Shown here piece by piece: positions 10,191-19,930 of a stretch of 64,000 nucleotides of DNA. Each line of letters begins with the position of its first letter. The stretch's first letter is position 1. The notes under the pieces were generated by a model that made no database searches, was not told where the DNA came from, and saw only the letters and a program-made list of their open reading frames with translations. Location of the stretch: NCBI GenBank assembly GCA_963845565.1, contig CAWJSJ010000005.1, positions 864,001-928,000 of the forward strand, read 5' to 3'. This DNA comes from an uncultured Methylomirabilota bacterium (GTDB lineage: Bacteria; Methylomirabilota; Methylomirabilia; Methylomirabilales; 2-02-FULL-66-22). The position numbers and the translations under genes are program-made.

Positions 10191-11429
10191 GTGGCCAAGG
10201 ATCGCAGCCTGGTTGTCGGGTTGGACATCGGTACCACCAAGGTCTGCGCCATCGTGGTCGAGGTGGATCAGGACGGTGCGGTGGACATCGTGGGGATCGG
10301 TCACAGCCCATCGCGCGGTTTGCGCAAGGGGGTGGTGGTCAACATCGACGCCACGGTGGACTCGGTGCGGCGGGCCGTCGAGGACGCCGAGTTGATGGCC
10401 GGCGTGGAGATCCGGTCGGCCTTCGTGGGCATCGCCGGCGGCCACATCAAGGGACTCAACAGCCGCGGGGTGATCGCGATCTCCGGCAAGAATCGCGAGG
10501 TCACCGCACAGGACGTGGACCGGGTCATCGACGCCGCCAAGGCGGTGGCCCTGCCGGTGGATCGCGAGGTGATCCACATCCTGCCGCAGGAATTCATCAT
10601 CGATGACCAGACCGGCATCAAGGAGCCGGTGGGCATGACCGGGACGCGGCTGGAGGCTGAGGTCCACATCGTCACCGGGGCCGTGGCCTCGGCCCAGAAC
10701 ATCATCAAGTGCGCCAACAAGGCCGGCCTGGAAGTGCAGGACATCGTCCTCCAGCAGCTCGCCAGCTCCGAAGCGTGCCTGACCCCCGAGGAGAAGGAAC
10801 TCGGATGTGTCCTGGTGGACATCGGGGGCGGCACCACGGACATCGCCGTGTTTGTCGAGGGCAGCATCTACCACACCGCCGTCCTGGCGGTGGGCGGCGA
10901 CATGCTGACCAACGACATCGCCATCGGTCTCCGCACGCCCCGCCCGGAGGCGGAGTCCATCAAGCGGAAGTTCGGCTGCGCCCTGGCCTCGATGATAAAG
11001 CCGGACGAGAAGATCGAGGTGCCCAGCGTGGGCGGCCGCCGGCCGCGCGTCCTGGCGCGGCAAACGCTGTGCGAGATCATCCAGCCTCGCCTGGAGGAGC
11101 TCATCGCCATGGTGGATCGCGAGGTTCGCCGCGCGGGCTACGCGGGGCGGGTGAACGGCGGCGTGGTTGTGACGGGTGGGTCGTCCATCATGGACGGGGT
11201 GCCGGAGTTGGCGGAGCAGATCCTCGACATGCCGGTGCGGCGCGGCCTGCCGCGCGGGGTCGGAGGGCTGACCGACGTCATCAGCAATCCGATGTACGCC
11301 ACCGGCGTGGGTCTGGGAATCTACGGGGCGGCCCACCGCAGCCGGCGCAAATTCAGGAAGGTGACGGATCGAAACATCTTCGACAAGGTGGTTGCGCGAA
11401 TGAAGGAGTGGTTCGGGGAAATCTTCTAG
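10191..11429 (+). CDS. ftsA: cell division protein FtsA
   Basis: GLDIGTTKV, LVDIGGGTTD, VVTGG, YATGVGL, C-terminal amphipathic helix KEWFGEIF. Confidence 0.97.
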   Translation: MAKDRSLVVGLDIGTTKVCAIVVEVDQDGAVDIVGIGHSPSRGLRKGVVVNIDATVDSVRRAVEDAELMAGVEIRSAFVGIAGGHIKGLNSRGVIAISGKNREVTAQDVDRVIDAAKAVALPVDREVIHILPQEFIIDDQTGIKEPVGMTGTRLEAEVHIVTGAVASAQNIIKCANKAGLEVQDIVLQQLASSEACLTPEEKELGCVLVDIGGGTTDIAVFVEGSIYHTAVLAVGGDMLTNDIAIGLRTPRPEAESIKRKFGCALASMIKPDEKIEVPSVGGRRPRVLARQTLCEIIQPRLEELIAMVDREVRRAGYAGRVNGGVVVTGGSSIMDGVPELAEQILDMPVRRGLPRGVGGLTDVISNPMYATGVGLGIYGAAHRSRRKFRKVTDRNIFDKVVARMKEWFGEIF

Positions 11430-11446
11430 GATAAGGGGGACGTGGA

Positions 11447-12613
11447 ATGGCGATCAGCATCGAGATGATGGAGGCGGAGAAGATGGCCAACATCAAGGTG
11501 ATCGGGGTCGGCGGCGGCGGTTCCAACGCGGTGAGCCGCATGATTGCCTCGAGCATGTCGGGAGTGGAATTCATCGTCGTGAACACCGACGCCCAGGCGC
11601 TGCGCCATTCCTCCGTGGAGAACAAGATCCAGATCGGCGAGAAGCTCACCAAGGGGCTGGGCGCCGGCGCCAACCCCGAGGTCGGCCGCAAAGCGGCCAT
11701 CGAGGACACCGACCGCCTGCTGCAGGCCATGCAGGGCGCGGACATGGTGTTCATCACCGCGGGTCTGGGGGGTGGGACCGGCGGCGGCGCGGCACCGATC
11801 ATCGCCAATCTGGCCAAGGAGATGGAGATCCTCACCGTGGGGGTCGTGACGAAGCCCTTTATCTTCGAGGGGAAGCGCCGCGGCGACCAGGCGGAGCGCT
11901 GTCTGGAGGAGCTGAAGGCCGGCGTGGACAGCCTGATCATCATTCCGAACCAGCGCCTCATCAACGCATCCTCCAAGAACACCGGCGTGAAGGATGCCTT
12001 CGCCATGGCCGACAACATCCTGCGCCAGGCGGTCCAGGGGATCGCCGACATCGTCGTGAAGCCGGGCTACATCAACGTGGACTTCGCCGACGTCCGCGCG
12101 GTCATGTCGGAGCGCGGCCTGGCGATGATGGGGATCGGCGAGGCGACGGAGGACAATGCCGCCGTGGACGCCGTGCAGAAGGCCATCAACAGTCCGCTGC
12201 TGGAGAACCAGTCGATCAAGGGAGCGCGCGGCGTCCTGCTCAACTTCACCCACTCCTCCACGCTGCCCATCTACCAGTTGAGCGAGGCCTCCAAGATCGT
12301 CCACGACATGGTGGACCGGGACGCCAATATCATCTTCGGCGACGTCATCGAGGACGAGATGGGTCAGAACGTGCGAGTGACGGTCATCGCCACGGGCTTC
12401 GACGAGGCGTCCGACGCGGAACAGGCCGAGGCGGCGCCCGTCCCCTCCCTGCGGCCGTACACGCCCAAACCCACGCCCCAGAAGGCGGCGCCGGAGGGCG
12501 CGTTTCTGCGCAAGGGCGCGGTCAAGAAGGTGGTCAACATGACGCTGCCGCTGGAGGATCTGACCGAGGAGGTGCTGGATATCCCGACCTTCTTGCGCCG
12601 GCAGGCGGATTAG
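11447..12613 (+). CDS. ftsZ: cell division protein FtsZ
   Basis: [26 protein letters not shown] tubulin signature, INVDFADV, C-terminal [12 protein letters not shown]. Confidence 0.98.
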   Translation: MAISIEMMEAEKMANIKVIGVGGGGSNAVSRMIASSMSGVEFIVVNTDAQALRHSSVENKIQIGEKLTKGLGAGANPEVGRKAAIEDTDRLLQAMQGADMVFITAGLGGGTGGGAAPIIANLAKEMEILTVGVVTKPFIFEGKRRGDQAERCLEELKAGVDSLIIIPNQRLINASSKNTGVKDAFAMADNILRQAVQGIADIVVKPGYINVDFADVRAVMSERGLAMMGIGEATEDNAAVDAVQKAINSPLLENQSIKGARGVLLNFTHSSTLPIYQLSEASKIVHDMVDRDANIIFGDVIEDEMGQNVRVTVIATGFDEASDAEQAEAAPVPSLRPYTPKPTPQKAAPEGAFLRKGAVKKVVNMTLPLEDLTEEVLDIPTFLRRQAD

Positions 12614-12617
12614 GCCG

Positions 12618-12742
12618 CAGACTGCTGAAAAGGGCCCATCTGCATCGTTGGTTCGCTCTGGTGCTCGTTGCGGCGTACGAGGAGTACGCCTCACTCGCCC
12701 CATCGCGTACCGCCTGGCATCTGGACCTTTTTGAGCGGCCTG
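12618..12742 (+). repeat. MITE/REP-like element family A, copy 1
   Basis: imperfect terminal inverted repeats CAGACTGCTGAAAAGGGCCCATCTGC ... GCATCTGGACCTTTTTGAGCGGCCTG and a core GCGTAC-N5-GTACGC hairpin; similar to copies at 13.8, 48.8 and 50.0 kb. Confidence 0.85.
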
Positions 12743-12762
12743 GCCGAGACTGGGAGAGACCG

Positions 12763-13809
12763 GTGGACGTCAAGACACGGATTCTGACGGCGATGACCTG
12801 GGGTGAACCGGACCGGATCCCCCTCACGGTGTACGACTGGATGCTGCCCCGCGGCACGACCGAGCGGCGGCTCCGCGAGGCGGGCGTCGGGCTCATCGCG
12901 CGGTTGCCGGGCCACCGCGTGCAGCACCGCCAGGTCGAGATCGTCTCGCACGAGTACCAGGAGAACGGCCGCCGACTCATCCGGCGAACGCTCAAAACCC
13001 CGGTGGGCGACGCCTGGCAGGTCCTGGAGCCCGACCCGGCCTACGAGACCTCCAACTGGATCCACGAGCACTTCATCAAGGGTCCGGACGATTACCGGGT
13101 CCTGGAGTTCTATTACCGGGACATGGTCTTTCGGGACAACGTGGAGGCGTTTCGGGAGGCCCAGCGCCGGGTGGGGACCGACGGGCTGGTGATGCTCCGG
13201 ATCGCCAAGTCCCCAATCCAGGAGATGCTCTATCAGTTGATGGGGGTAGAGCGGTTCGCCGTGGATTACCAGGAGCGGCGCGACCTCTTCGATTCCCTGC
13301 ACGCCGCCATGGTGGCGCGGTACCAGGAACTGTACGAGCTGGCGGCGACCTCCCCGGCGGAGATCCTCCAACTCGGGGACAATATCTACAGCGATATGGT
13401 CGGCCGGGAGCGGTACCACGCCTATCTCATGCCCGAATACGCCAAGATCATGGCGCGGCTGCGCGGGACCGGGAAGCTCCTGGCGGTGCACATGGATGGG
13501 AATCTGAAATCGCTCCAAGCGGACATCGCCGAGGCCAGTTTCGACATCGTCGAGGCGATCACCCCACCCCCGATGGGGGACGTGTCGATCCGCGAGGCGC
13601 GCGCCTGCTGGCCCAACAAGGCCCTCTGGATCAACTTCACCAGTTCCATGCACATCGAGCCGCCCGAGGTCATCGAGGCGCACACCCGGGAGCTGATCGC
13701 CGAGGCCGGTACCAAGCGGGGCTTCGGGATCAGCATCACCGAGGACGCCCCGGTCGAGGCCCTGGAGAAGAGTCTGGGCGTCATCGCCCGCGTGCTAGCA
13801 GGCTGCTGA
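12763..13809 (+). CDS. uroporphyrinogen decarboxylase / MtaA-CmuA-like family protein (start GTG at 12763 after GGGAGAG)
   Basis: N-terminal RILTAM..GEPDRIP, TPVG, HFIK..DDY, MGVERF, VHMDGN, PPPMGD, typical of URO-D-like TIM barrels. Confidence 0.7.
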   Translation: MDVKTRILTAMTWGEPDRIPLTVYDWMLPRGTTERRLREAGVGLIARLPGHRVQHRQVEIVSHEYQENGRRLIRRTLKTPVGDAWQVLEPDPAYETSNWIHEHFIKGPDDYRVLEFYYRDMVFRDNVEAFREAQRRVGTDGLVMLRIAKSPIQEMLYQLMGVERFAVDYQERRDLFDSLHAAMVARYQELYELAATSPAEILQLGDNIYSDMVGRERYHAYLMPEYAKIMARLRGTGKLLAVHMDGNLKSLQADIAEASFDIVEAITPPPMGDVSIREARACWPNKALWINFTSSMHIEPPEVIEAHTRELIAEAGTKRGFGISITEDAPVEALEKSLGVIARVLAGC

Positions 13810-13992
13810 AAAAGGCCCATCTGCGGGGACCCATCCTTCGGACGGGTACCCCGCGTGTTCGGGCGCTCGTTGCGACGTACCTGGAGTACGCCTCGCTCGG
13901 CCCCGGGTACCCATCCAGAGGATGGGTGACGCCGCCTTGCATCTGGACCTTTTTGAGCAGTCTGACCAAAAGCGGGTTTTTCAGCATCCCGC
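13799..13992 (+). repeat. MITE/REP-like element family A, copy 2 (longest, with two inserted hairpins); supplies the stop codon of the upstream gene
   Basis: CTAG|CAGGCTGCTGAAAAAGGCCCATCTGC ... GCCTTGCATCTGGACCTTTTTGAGCAGTCTG plus a second terminal segment GGGTTTTTCAGCATCCCGC. Confidence 0.85.
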
Positions 13993-14062
13993 GAGGCTTT
14001 CGACCGCCGAATCCTCAGGTTCTTCGCACATCCCCCCGAATTGGCCGGCCGAGGGCCGGGCC

Positions 14063-14363
14063 TCAGGACGCGAGGCGTGCCAGTCCGCTCAGGGCCAAAC
14101 CGATGGCCAAAGCGACCAGAAACACGCCGAGGCACGATCGCGAACCTGCGCCGGCACGCGCGGCCGCGATCGGTGAGCAGCGTCGGCCGGAAGACGATGT
14201 TCGGCGGGAAGAAACCCAGCGGCGCTGACCAGAGGCGAACACCGGGCTGCCGGTGGACCACCGTCGTGAGCAGATACCACACAGCCGCCGACCAGGCGAT
14301 GGCCGCCGTGCAATACGCGCCGGCGAACAGGAAGAAGATGACGGCGCCGAGCGCGTGACGCAT
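14063..14363 (-). CDS. small hypothetical membrane protein (one apparent frameshift near 14135)
   Basis: hydrophobic N-terminus MRHALGAVIFFLFAGAYC; an alternative frame continues LGVFLVALAIGLALSGLARLAS*. Confidence 0.45.
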
Positions 14364-14364
14364 C

Positions 14365-15351
14365 TCAGGCCGGACCCGGGTGGATTCGCGTCAGGCGCTC
14401 GAGCGCCGCGGCGGGAAGCGGGCCGCGGTTGGCGGCGGCCACCGCCTGTTCGAATTGGTCCAGGCTGGCGGTGCCGATCATGGCCGTGGAGATCTCGGGC
14501 TTGCTGAGCGCGAAGCGGATGGCAGCCTCGACCAGGCTCCCCGCAATTCCCTCGGCCACTAGGAAGTCGAAGGCGTGGGCGCGGGCGGCGTCTTCGGCGT
14601 AGTCTTGGCCCGTTGCCAGCGGTGCCACGCCGGGCATGGCGATGGGGTGCCGATCGAGGGTGCCCGACAGGGCGCCTCCCGCCAAGACGCGGATGGCGAT
14701 GACCCCGATCCGGTTGGCGGCTGCCCGGTCGATGAGCTGGCGAAAGTCCTGGTACGGGAAATCCGCCCGCACGGGACGTCCGCCGCTGGGGTTGAGGAGG
14801 TTATACACCGTTTGCAGGGTGTGAAACCCCCCCGTGTCCACGACGCGATGAAGCGCCTCGGTGTTCCCGAGCGCGGTGATGCCCCAGAAGCGTATCTTGC
14901 CCTGGCGATGAAGCGTCTCGAACGCACGCAGCACCACCGGTAGGTCATCGGGAGTGAGGGACGCCTGGTCGGGCTGGCGCCGATCGGTGAACAGGTTGTG
15001 AAGCTGGTAGAGATCCACGGCGTCCCGGCCGAGCCGGCGCAGGCTGGCCTCGGCGGAGTCGATGATCGCCGCCTCGATCCGGTCCAGATCTGCCGCGGCC
15101 AGCCGGACCTTGGTTCCCACCACGATCCGGGCGCCTAACTCCCGCAGCACCGCGCCGAGGTTCACCTCCGACTGGCCGTCCCCATAGAGCGGCGCCGTGT
15201 CGAAGTAGGTGACGCCCGACTCGATGGCGCGCGCCACCGCGCGACGCATGGCGGGATACTCGCCGCGCACCAGGAGCCCCCCGACCATCCCGCAGCCATA
15301 GCCCAACTCGGAGACCGCGATGCCAGTGCTTCCCAACGGCTTGTATCGCAC
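14365..15351 (-). CDS. aldo/keto reductase
   Basis: LGSTGIAVSELGYG, FDTAPLYG, GTK, SLRRLG.D.VDLYQLH, YNLLN. Confidence 0.93.
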   Translation of the reverse strand: MRYKPLGSTGIAVSELGYGCGMVGGLLVRGEYPAMRRAVARAIESGVTYFDTAPLYGDGQSEVNLGAVLRELGARIVVGTKVRLAAADLDRIEAAIIDSAEASLRRLGRDAVDLYQLHNLFTDRRQPDQASLTPDDLPVVLRAFETLHRQGKIRFWGITALGNTEALHRVVDTGGFHTLQTVYNLLNPSGGRPVRADFPYQDFRQLIDRAAANRIGVIAIRVLAGGALSGTLDRHPIAMPGVAPLATGQDYAEDAARAHAFDFLVAEGIAGSLVEAAIRFALSKPEISTAMIGTASLDQFEQAVAAANRGPLPAAALERLTRIHPGPA

Positions 15352-15374
15352 GCTCCCCTCCCACGGGTAGAAGA

Positions 15375-15872
15375 TTACTTGCCCGCCCAGTAGTCTGCCA
15401 GCTTAGCGTTGTCGGCGACCGGAAAGTCGGCTGCGTCGGATCGGCTGCCGAGGAAGCCCTCGACCGTCCGCGCCTTGGCCCAGGCGTGGTACTCGTCGGC
15501 GGCGATGACCGCCTCGGCGTAGCAGGCGAACTCATGATACCCCTCGCCTCGGGCGCAATCCATGGGCCGCATCCCGTCGGTGTGAAACTCGCGGACGTCC
15601 AGGATCGTCTCGGCCCCCGGCGAGAACCGGAAGATCTTGGTGACATGGGGAAAGGCCAGGACGAAGCCGATCCCCTGGTGGCCGCCCGCCAGGAACGCCT
15701 TCTCGAACTCGGCCTGAGTTCGCGAAGAGCGGCTCCACTCAAAGGTCTCAGGTGTGTCCCGTCCGATGACCGAGATGTAGTAGACCTTGAAGCCTGATCG
15801 CCCGTCCGGCATCCGGAGCAGAGCGTGCCCGACGGTCCTGCCGTGATAGGTTCGACACGCCGCGATCTGCAT
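15375..15872 (-). CDS. hypothetical protein
   Basis: 165-aa ORF with GGAGGT RBS and coding-like composition; no motif recognised. Confidence 0.7.
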   Translation of the reverse strand: MQIAACRTYHGRTVGHALLRMPDGRSGFKVYYISVIGRDTPETFEWSRSSRTQAEFEKAFLAGGHQGIGFVLAFPHVTKIFRFSPGAETILDVREFHTDGMRPMDCARGEGYHEFACYAEAVIAADEYHAWAKARTVEGFLGSRSDAADFPVADNAKLADYWAGK

Positions 15873-16012
15873 GAGTGCACCTCCCGGGTGGTTGAGGTCG
15901 AGGACAACTCGCCTGCGCCGGAAATCCTAGGCCGAGGAGGGCGGTAAGGCAAGCGCATTCGCGGATCGTATGGGGTCCGGGCGCGCTTACGGTGGGGCCG
16001 CTGTGCGCGGAC

Positions 16013-16549
16013 TCAGGGGCATCGAAACAGCGCGCGGAGAGGTACCCGGCGCAGCGCCCGGCCATCGATACCGGCCTGAAGCGCCGCGAGGCGCGCCTCG
16101 ACGGGACCGATCTCCCAGCAGGCGTCGGGTGGCAGTGTCTCTACCGGCGGTCCCGCCTCGTTCAGCGGGCAGATGTCGCGGAGTTCCGCGGGCTCTCCGT
16201 CCGGCCCGGGACCGATCCAGCGGAGCGGGAGGCCCTGCGTGCGGCAGACGTAGGGCCGGTCCGCGTAGATCCGGCAGCTCCCGCTCTCGTCGAGAAAGGC
16301 GCAGCCGCCCGGGAGGTGGGGGGCTCCCTGGGAAAGCAGCTCGGCGTGGCACCGGCGAATGCGCTCGGCTTCGATCTCGAACACCGTCAGGCCGTCCACG
16401 CAGCAGTCGCAGCAGCCTCTTCGACAGTGAAGCCGGACGGCGTGGATCGTCCGCAGCCGGTCCGCCGCCCGATCGACCTCCGTGTGCAGGTGGATCACGG
16501 CGTCGAGCCCCGAATGCGGGAGGGAATGGTTTTCGGTTTCCGCCGCCAT
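16013..16549 (-). CDS. YkgJ-family cysteine-cluster (putative Fe-S/Zn) protein
   Basis: CRRGCCDCC, CAFLD..G.CRIY.DRPYVCRTQG, ICPLN. Confidence 0.85.
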   Translation of the reverse strand: MAAETENHSLPHSGLDAVIHLHTEVDRAADRLRTIHAVRLHCRRGCCDCCVDGLTVFEIEAERIRRCHAELLSQGAPHLPGGCAFLDESGSCRIYADRPYVCRTQGLPLRWIGPGPDGEPAELRDICPLNEAGPPVETLPPDACWEIGPVEARLAALQAGIDGRALRRVPLRALFRCP

Positions 16550-16686
16550 GGGACTACTCCAACCTGCGCGCCCAGACGTTCAGCCGGCGGAATTGCTCGA
16601 CGTGGACGCCATCGGGCCGGCGCGTGGCATGTTCGCGCCCGCACGACCGGGCCGCGCCGGACGCTCCCGGGGTGTCGCGGGCGCGC

Positions 16687-17472
16687 TCACATAGTCCAAT
16701 CGGCGAAGTCCCCACAGAACCGGTCCAGCGTGAGCGGCGTGATGCGCGGATCCGCCGCCGCCTCGTCCCGATCGGTGGGCATGAGATAGCCCCAGAGGGC
16801 AAGAAACAGGCCGACGTCTGCGAGGTCACGTTCGCGGGCGACCGCGTGCAGGGTCTTCAGGCGGTCCTCGACAAACCAGATGTCGCGATAGGCCACACGC
16901 TCGTCCTGCGCCAGGGTCCGCAGGAGCGCCGGCTTTGGCCGTGCCCGCTCCTTGCCCCACACCCGGTCCGCGGGGAGTCGGACGCCGTGGGTTTCGAGGA
17001 GCTTGTGGGCGAAGCGGCCCTCCTTGGTCGTGACGACGTACATCCGGAGGCCGCTCTGCTGGATGGCGCAGAGCCGCTCCGCCATGCCGGGGTACAATCC
17101 CTGGCCGGCCAGCCAGTCGTCGAGGCTTCGCGCGATCGTCCGATCCCGGGCCGCGTCGAACCGGGCGGCAAACTCTTTCGGCGTCACGCGATACTTATCG
17201 AGAATCCGCTGCCGACAGGTGGTCTGAAACGTGTCCCAGATGGTGGCTTCCGGGATGCCGTCCAGGATGGCGAGCACCAGGACGGGGAACTCCCACCCGT
17301 GCTCCAGGACGGGCCGGAGGCGCACGAAGACGGCGGCCAATTCCGGTGGGGGAACGTCGCCCTCAAGCGTCACGAGATCCCGGCAAACCTGCCAGGCGGA
17401 CCGGCAGCCTTCATGGACGGTATCACAGATGACGCCATCGAAATCCAGTGCCAACAGTCGCGGTCCAGTCAC
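16687..17472 (-). CDS. HAD-superfamily hydrolase (start GTG at 17472)
   Basis: motif I LDFDGVICD, VVTTK, K, motif IV FVEDRL, WGY. Confidence 0.85.
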   Translation of the reverse strand: MTGPRLLALDFDGVICDTVHEGCRSAWQVCRDLVTLEGDVPPPELAAVFVRLRPVLEHGWEFPVLVLAILDGIPEATIWDTFQTTCRQRILDKYRVTPKEFAARFDAARDRTIARSLDDWLAGQGLYPGMAERLCAIQQSGLRMYVVTTKEGRFAHKLLETHGVRLPADRVWGKERARPKPALLRTLAQDERVAYRDIWFVEDRLKTLHAVARERDLADVGLFLALWGYLMPTDRDEAAADPRITPLTLDRFCGDFADWTM

Positions 17473-17582
17473 GGTGTCCCTCTGTCCCCGAGGTATGGCA
17501 GCGAGCGACGAGCCGGACACGAACACCGTCCGCTGCGCCCCCTGGGGTGGTCTCGCCCGCCGGGGGCCGGGCATGACAGTAG

Positions 17583-18071
17583 TTAAGCCGTGGCTCCTTC
17601 GGTGGAGCCGGTGCGGGTTTGCAGCCGACGCTTGTACGGCTCGTAGTCCGGGATGAGGCGTTCGTATTCATCGGCCATGAGAGGCGAGGAGATGATGAAA
17701 TCCGCGGACGCCCGGTTGCAGGCGATGGGAATGTTCCACACCACGGCAATCCGCAAGAGGGCTTTCACGTCCGGGTCGTGCGGCTGCGGCTCCAGCGGGT
17801 CCCAGAAGAAGATCAGGCAGTCCAGGTCTCCTTCCGCGATCTTCGCCCCGATCTGCTGGTCGCCTCCGAGCGGGCCGCTCTGCAGCTTGACGATCGGGCA
17901 CGTGAGCGTGCGTTCCAGCAAGGCGCCGGTGGTGCCGGTGGCGAAGAGTTCATGGTGCTCCAGCAGGTCCTTGTTGTAGGTGGCCCACTCCAGGAGGTCC
18001 CGCTTCATGTTGTCGTGCGCCACCACGGCGATCCGCTTCTGTCGGCCCATCGTCAACTGCTTGTGTGCCAT
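17583..18071 (-). CDS. mgsA: methylglyoxal synthase
   Basis: [57 protein letters not shown]. Confidence 0.97.
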   Translation of the reverse strand: MAHKQLTMGRQKRIAVVAHDNMKRDLLEWATYNKDLLEHHELFATGTTGALLERTLTCPIVKLQSGPLGGDQQIGAKIAEGDLDCLIFFWDPLEPQPHDPDVKALLRIAVVWNIPIACNRASADFIISSPLMADEYERLIPDYEPYKRRLQTRTGSTEGATA

Positions 18072-18113
18072 GCGTCTCGCCTCCGCTGCGTGAGACAGCC
18101 CCCGCGGGTCAGG

Positions 18114-18170
18114 TTAGGAGCCGTTACGAAATACCGTAAACGTTTCTTGGAATTTCGTTACGGCTCCTTA
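18114..18170. mobile_element. minimal MITE / IS remnant (51 bp) flanked by TTA direct repeats
   Basis: TTA|GGAGCCGTTACGAAAT-19 nt-ATTTCGTTACGGCTCC|TTA; 15/16 inverted-repeat match. Confidence 0.6.
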
Positions 18171-18215
18171 TGGCGTTCCACAATATCTCCGGTCAAAAAA
18201 TCCTTTGACAACGGC

Positions 18216-19334
18216 TTAGTCGAGCGCCTGGGCAAGGTCGTCGATCAGGTCGTCGGGGTGTTCCAGGCCGATCGAGGCGCGCAGCAGGTTCTGGGGTGTG
18301 CGGGTATCCGGTGGCTCGATCGAGGCGCGGTGCTCGATCAGGCTGTCGGGGCCGCCCAGACTGGTGGCGTGCGTGAACAGTCGGAGGTGGGAAGCGACCG
18401 TCAGGGCCTCTTCCTTGCCGCCGCGAACCTGGAAAGACAACATCCCGCCGAAGTCCTGCATCTGCGCGGCCGCCACGGCGTGGCCCGGGTGCGTCGTCAG
18501 CCCGGGGTAATGGACGATGTCGATCCGTGGATGGCGGGACAGGAATTCGGCCACCCGGCGCGCGTTCCCGCAATGGCCGCGCACGCGGTAGGGAAGCGTG
18601 CGGATACCGCGGAGGACCAGCCAGCAGTCGAAGGGAGATGCGACCGCCCCCCCCTGCTGCTGGATCAACCGGATGCGCTTGAAGAACTCGTCGTCGACCT
18701 TGGCCACCACCGCGCCGCTCAGGACGTCGCAGTGACCCGCCAGATACTTGGTGGTCGAATGCAGGACGAGATCGGCCCCCAGCTCGAAGGGGCGCTGGAG
18801 GACCGGGGACGCCCAGGTATTGTCCACCACGCAGCGCGCGCCGGCCGCGTGGGCCAGCGAGGCGAGACGCGCGATGTCGCTGATGCGGAGGAGGGGGTTC
18901 GACGGCGTCTCCACCCAGACCAGCTTGGTGGTGGCGCGCATGGCGCGGCCGACGTCGGCCGGATCGGTCATGTCGACGAAAGTGGTCTCCAGCCCCCAGG
19001 GGCCCAGGATGTCCCGCAGCAGGATGGTGGTCCCGTGATACGCGTCGATCGGCGCCAGCAGATGGTCCCCTGGGCGAAGCGCCTGGAGGATGCTCATCGT
19101 CGCGGCCGCGCCGGAGGCGAAGGCGGCGGCCGCTGCGCCCCCCTCGAGGGCGGCCAGGCACGCCTCCAGCGCTGTCCGGTTCGGATTCCCCAGCCGGGAG
19201 TAGAAGTAGCCCGTGGGCGCGGCGCCATCCACGGCCCGCTGATAGGTGGTGGACAGGACGATCGGGGCGGAAACCGCGCCGGTGGCGGGGTCCGCCGCGT
19301 GGCCCGCGTGGATCGCCAGGGTTTCGATTCTCAT
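18216..19334 (-). CDS. Cys/Met metabolism PLP-dependent enzyme (cystathionine gamma-synthase/lyase family)
   Basis: YSRLGNPNR, LEGG..A..FASG, ETPSNP, VDNTWA, HSTTKYLAGH, SLGG.DSLIEH, IGLE. Confidence 0.92.
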   Translation of the reverse strand: MRIETLAIHAGHAADPATGAVSAPIVLSTTYQRAVDGAAPTGYFYSRLGNPNRTALEACLAALEGGAAAAAFASGAAATMSILQALRPGDHLLAPIDAYHGTTILLRDILGPWGLETTFVDMTDPADVGRAMRATTKLVWVETPSNPLLRISDIARLASLAHAAGARCVVDNTWASPVLQRPFELGADLVLHSTTKYLAGHCDVLSGAVVAKVDDEFFKRIRLIQQQGGAVASPFDCWLVLRGIRTLPYRVRGHCGNARRVAEFLSRHPRIDIVHYPGLTTHPGHAVAAAQMQDFGGMLSFQVRGGKEEALTVASHLRLFTHATSLGGPDSLIEHRASIEPPDTRTPQNLLRASIGLEHPDDLIDDLAQALD

Positions 19335-19930
19335 GCGTGTGTTCCCCTCGTGGGCGACGACGCGCTTCCCGCATCGTCGGCGCCGTCGCCGCGAGGCGGG
19401 TCAACCCGGGCCGACCACTCCGTGTCCAGGATGCTCATCTGGACCAGGCTCCAATATTCCTCGCCGAATCGGCGCGCTTCCCGCAGGCACCCCTCTTTCA
19501 CGAAGCCCGCACTTTCATAGCACGCGATCGCCGATGCGTTGAAATCAAAAACGACCAGGTCAATGCGATGTAGCGTCAACCGCTCAAAGCCGATCTGCAG
19601 AATCCGTCGGACCATCTCCAGGCCGGCGCCCTGGCCACGCCGGCCGGCCTCCCCGATCAGGACGCGCGAGAGCGTGGCGGAGCGGTTGCGCCGATCGATC
19701 CGGGCGAGTTCGATATGGCCGACGGCGGTGGCCGTGTCACTCTCCACGGCCGTGAAGATCATGCGCGAGGGCGCCTCCCCCTCCGACTCCGCGAGATATG
19801 CATCAAGCTGCGCGGTATCCAGCGGAAACGTGAAGGCCGGCCCCGCCCACTGGAGCAGGAACTCCGCCGACGGGATCCAGGCGATCAGTCGGGCGAAATC
19901 GGCGCGCGCGAACGGGCGAAGCGCAATCAT
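19331..19930 (-). CDS. GNAT-family N-acetyltransferase (RimJ/RimL-like)
   Basis: MIALRPF, RRGQGAG, LHRIDLVVFDFNASAIACYESAGFVKEG; ATGA overlaps with both neighbours. Confidence 0.88.
   Translation of the reverse strand: MIALRPFARADFARLIAWIPSAEFLLQWAGPAFTFPLDTAQLDAYLAESEGEAPSRMIFTAVESDTATAVGHIELARIDRRNRSATLSRVLIGEAGRRGQGAGLEMVRRILQIGFERLTLHRIDLVVFDFNASAIACYESAGFVKEGCLREARRFGEEYWSLVQMSILDTEWSARVDPPRGDGADDAGSASSPTRGTHA

Noticed and set aside
12618..13992. Repeats interpreted as a CRISPR array or integron attC sites
   Set aside because: They are dispersed with no regular repeat-spacer period, no cas or integrase gene is present, and they lack RYYYAAC/GTTRRRY ends.
16554..16690. Small ORF between the HAD and YkgJ genes
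   Set aside because: No convincing start or RBS outside the HAD gene; possibly a fragment.
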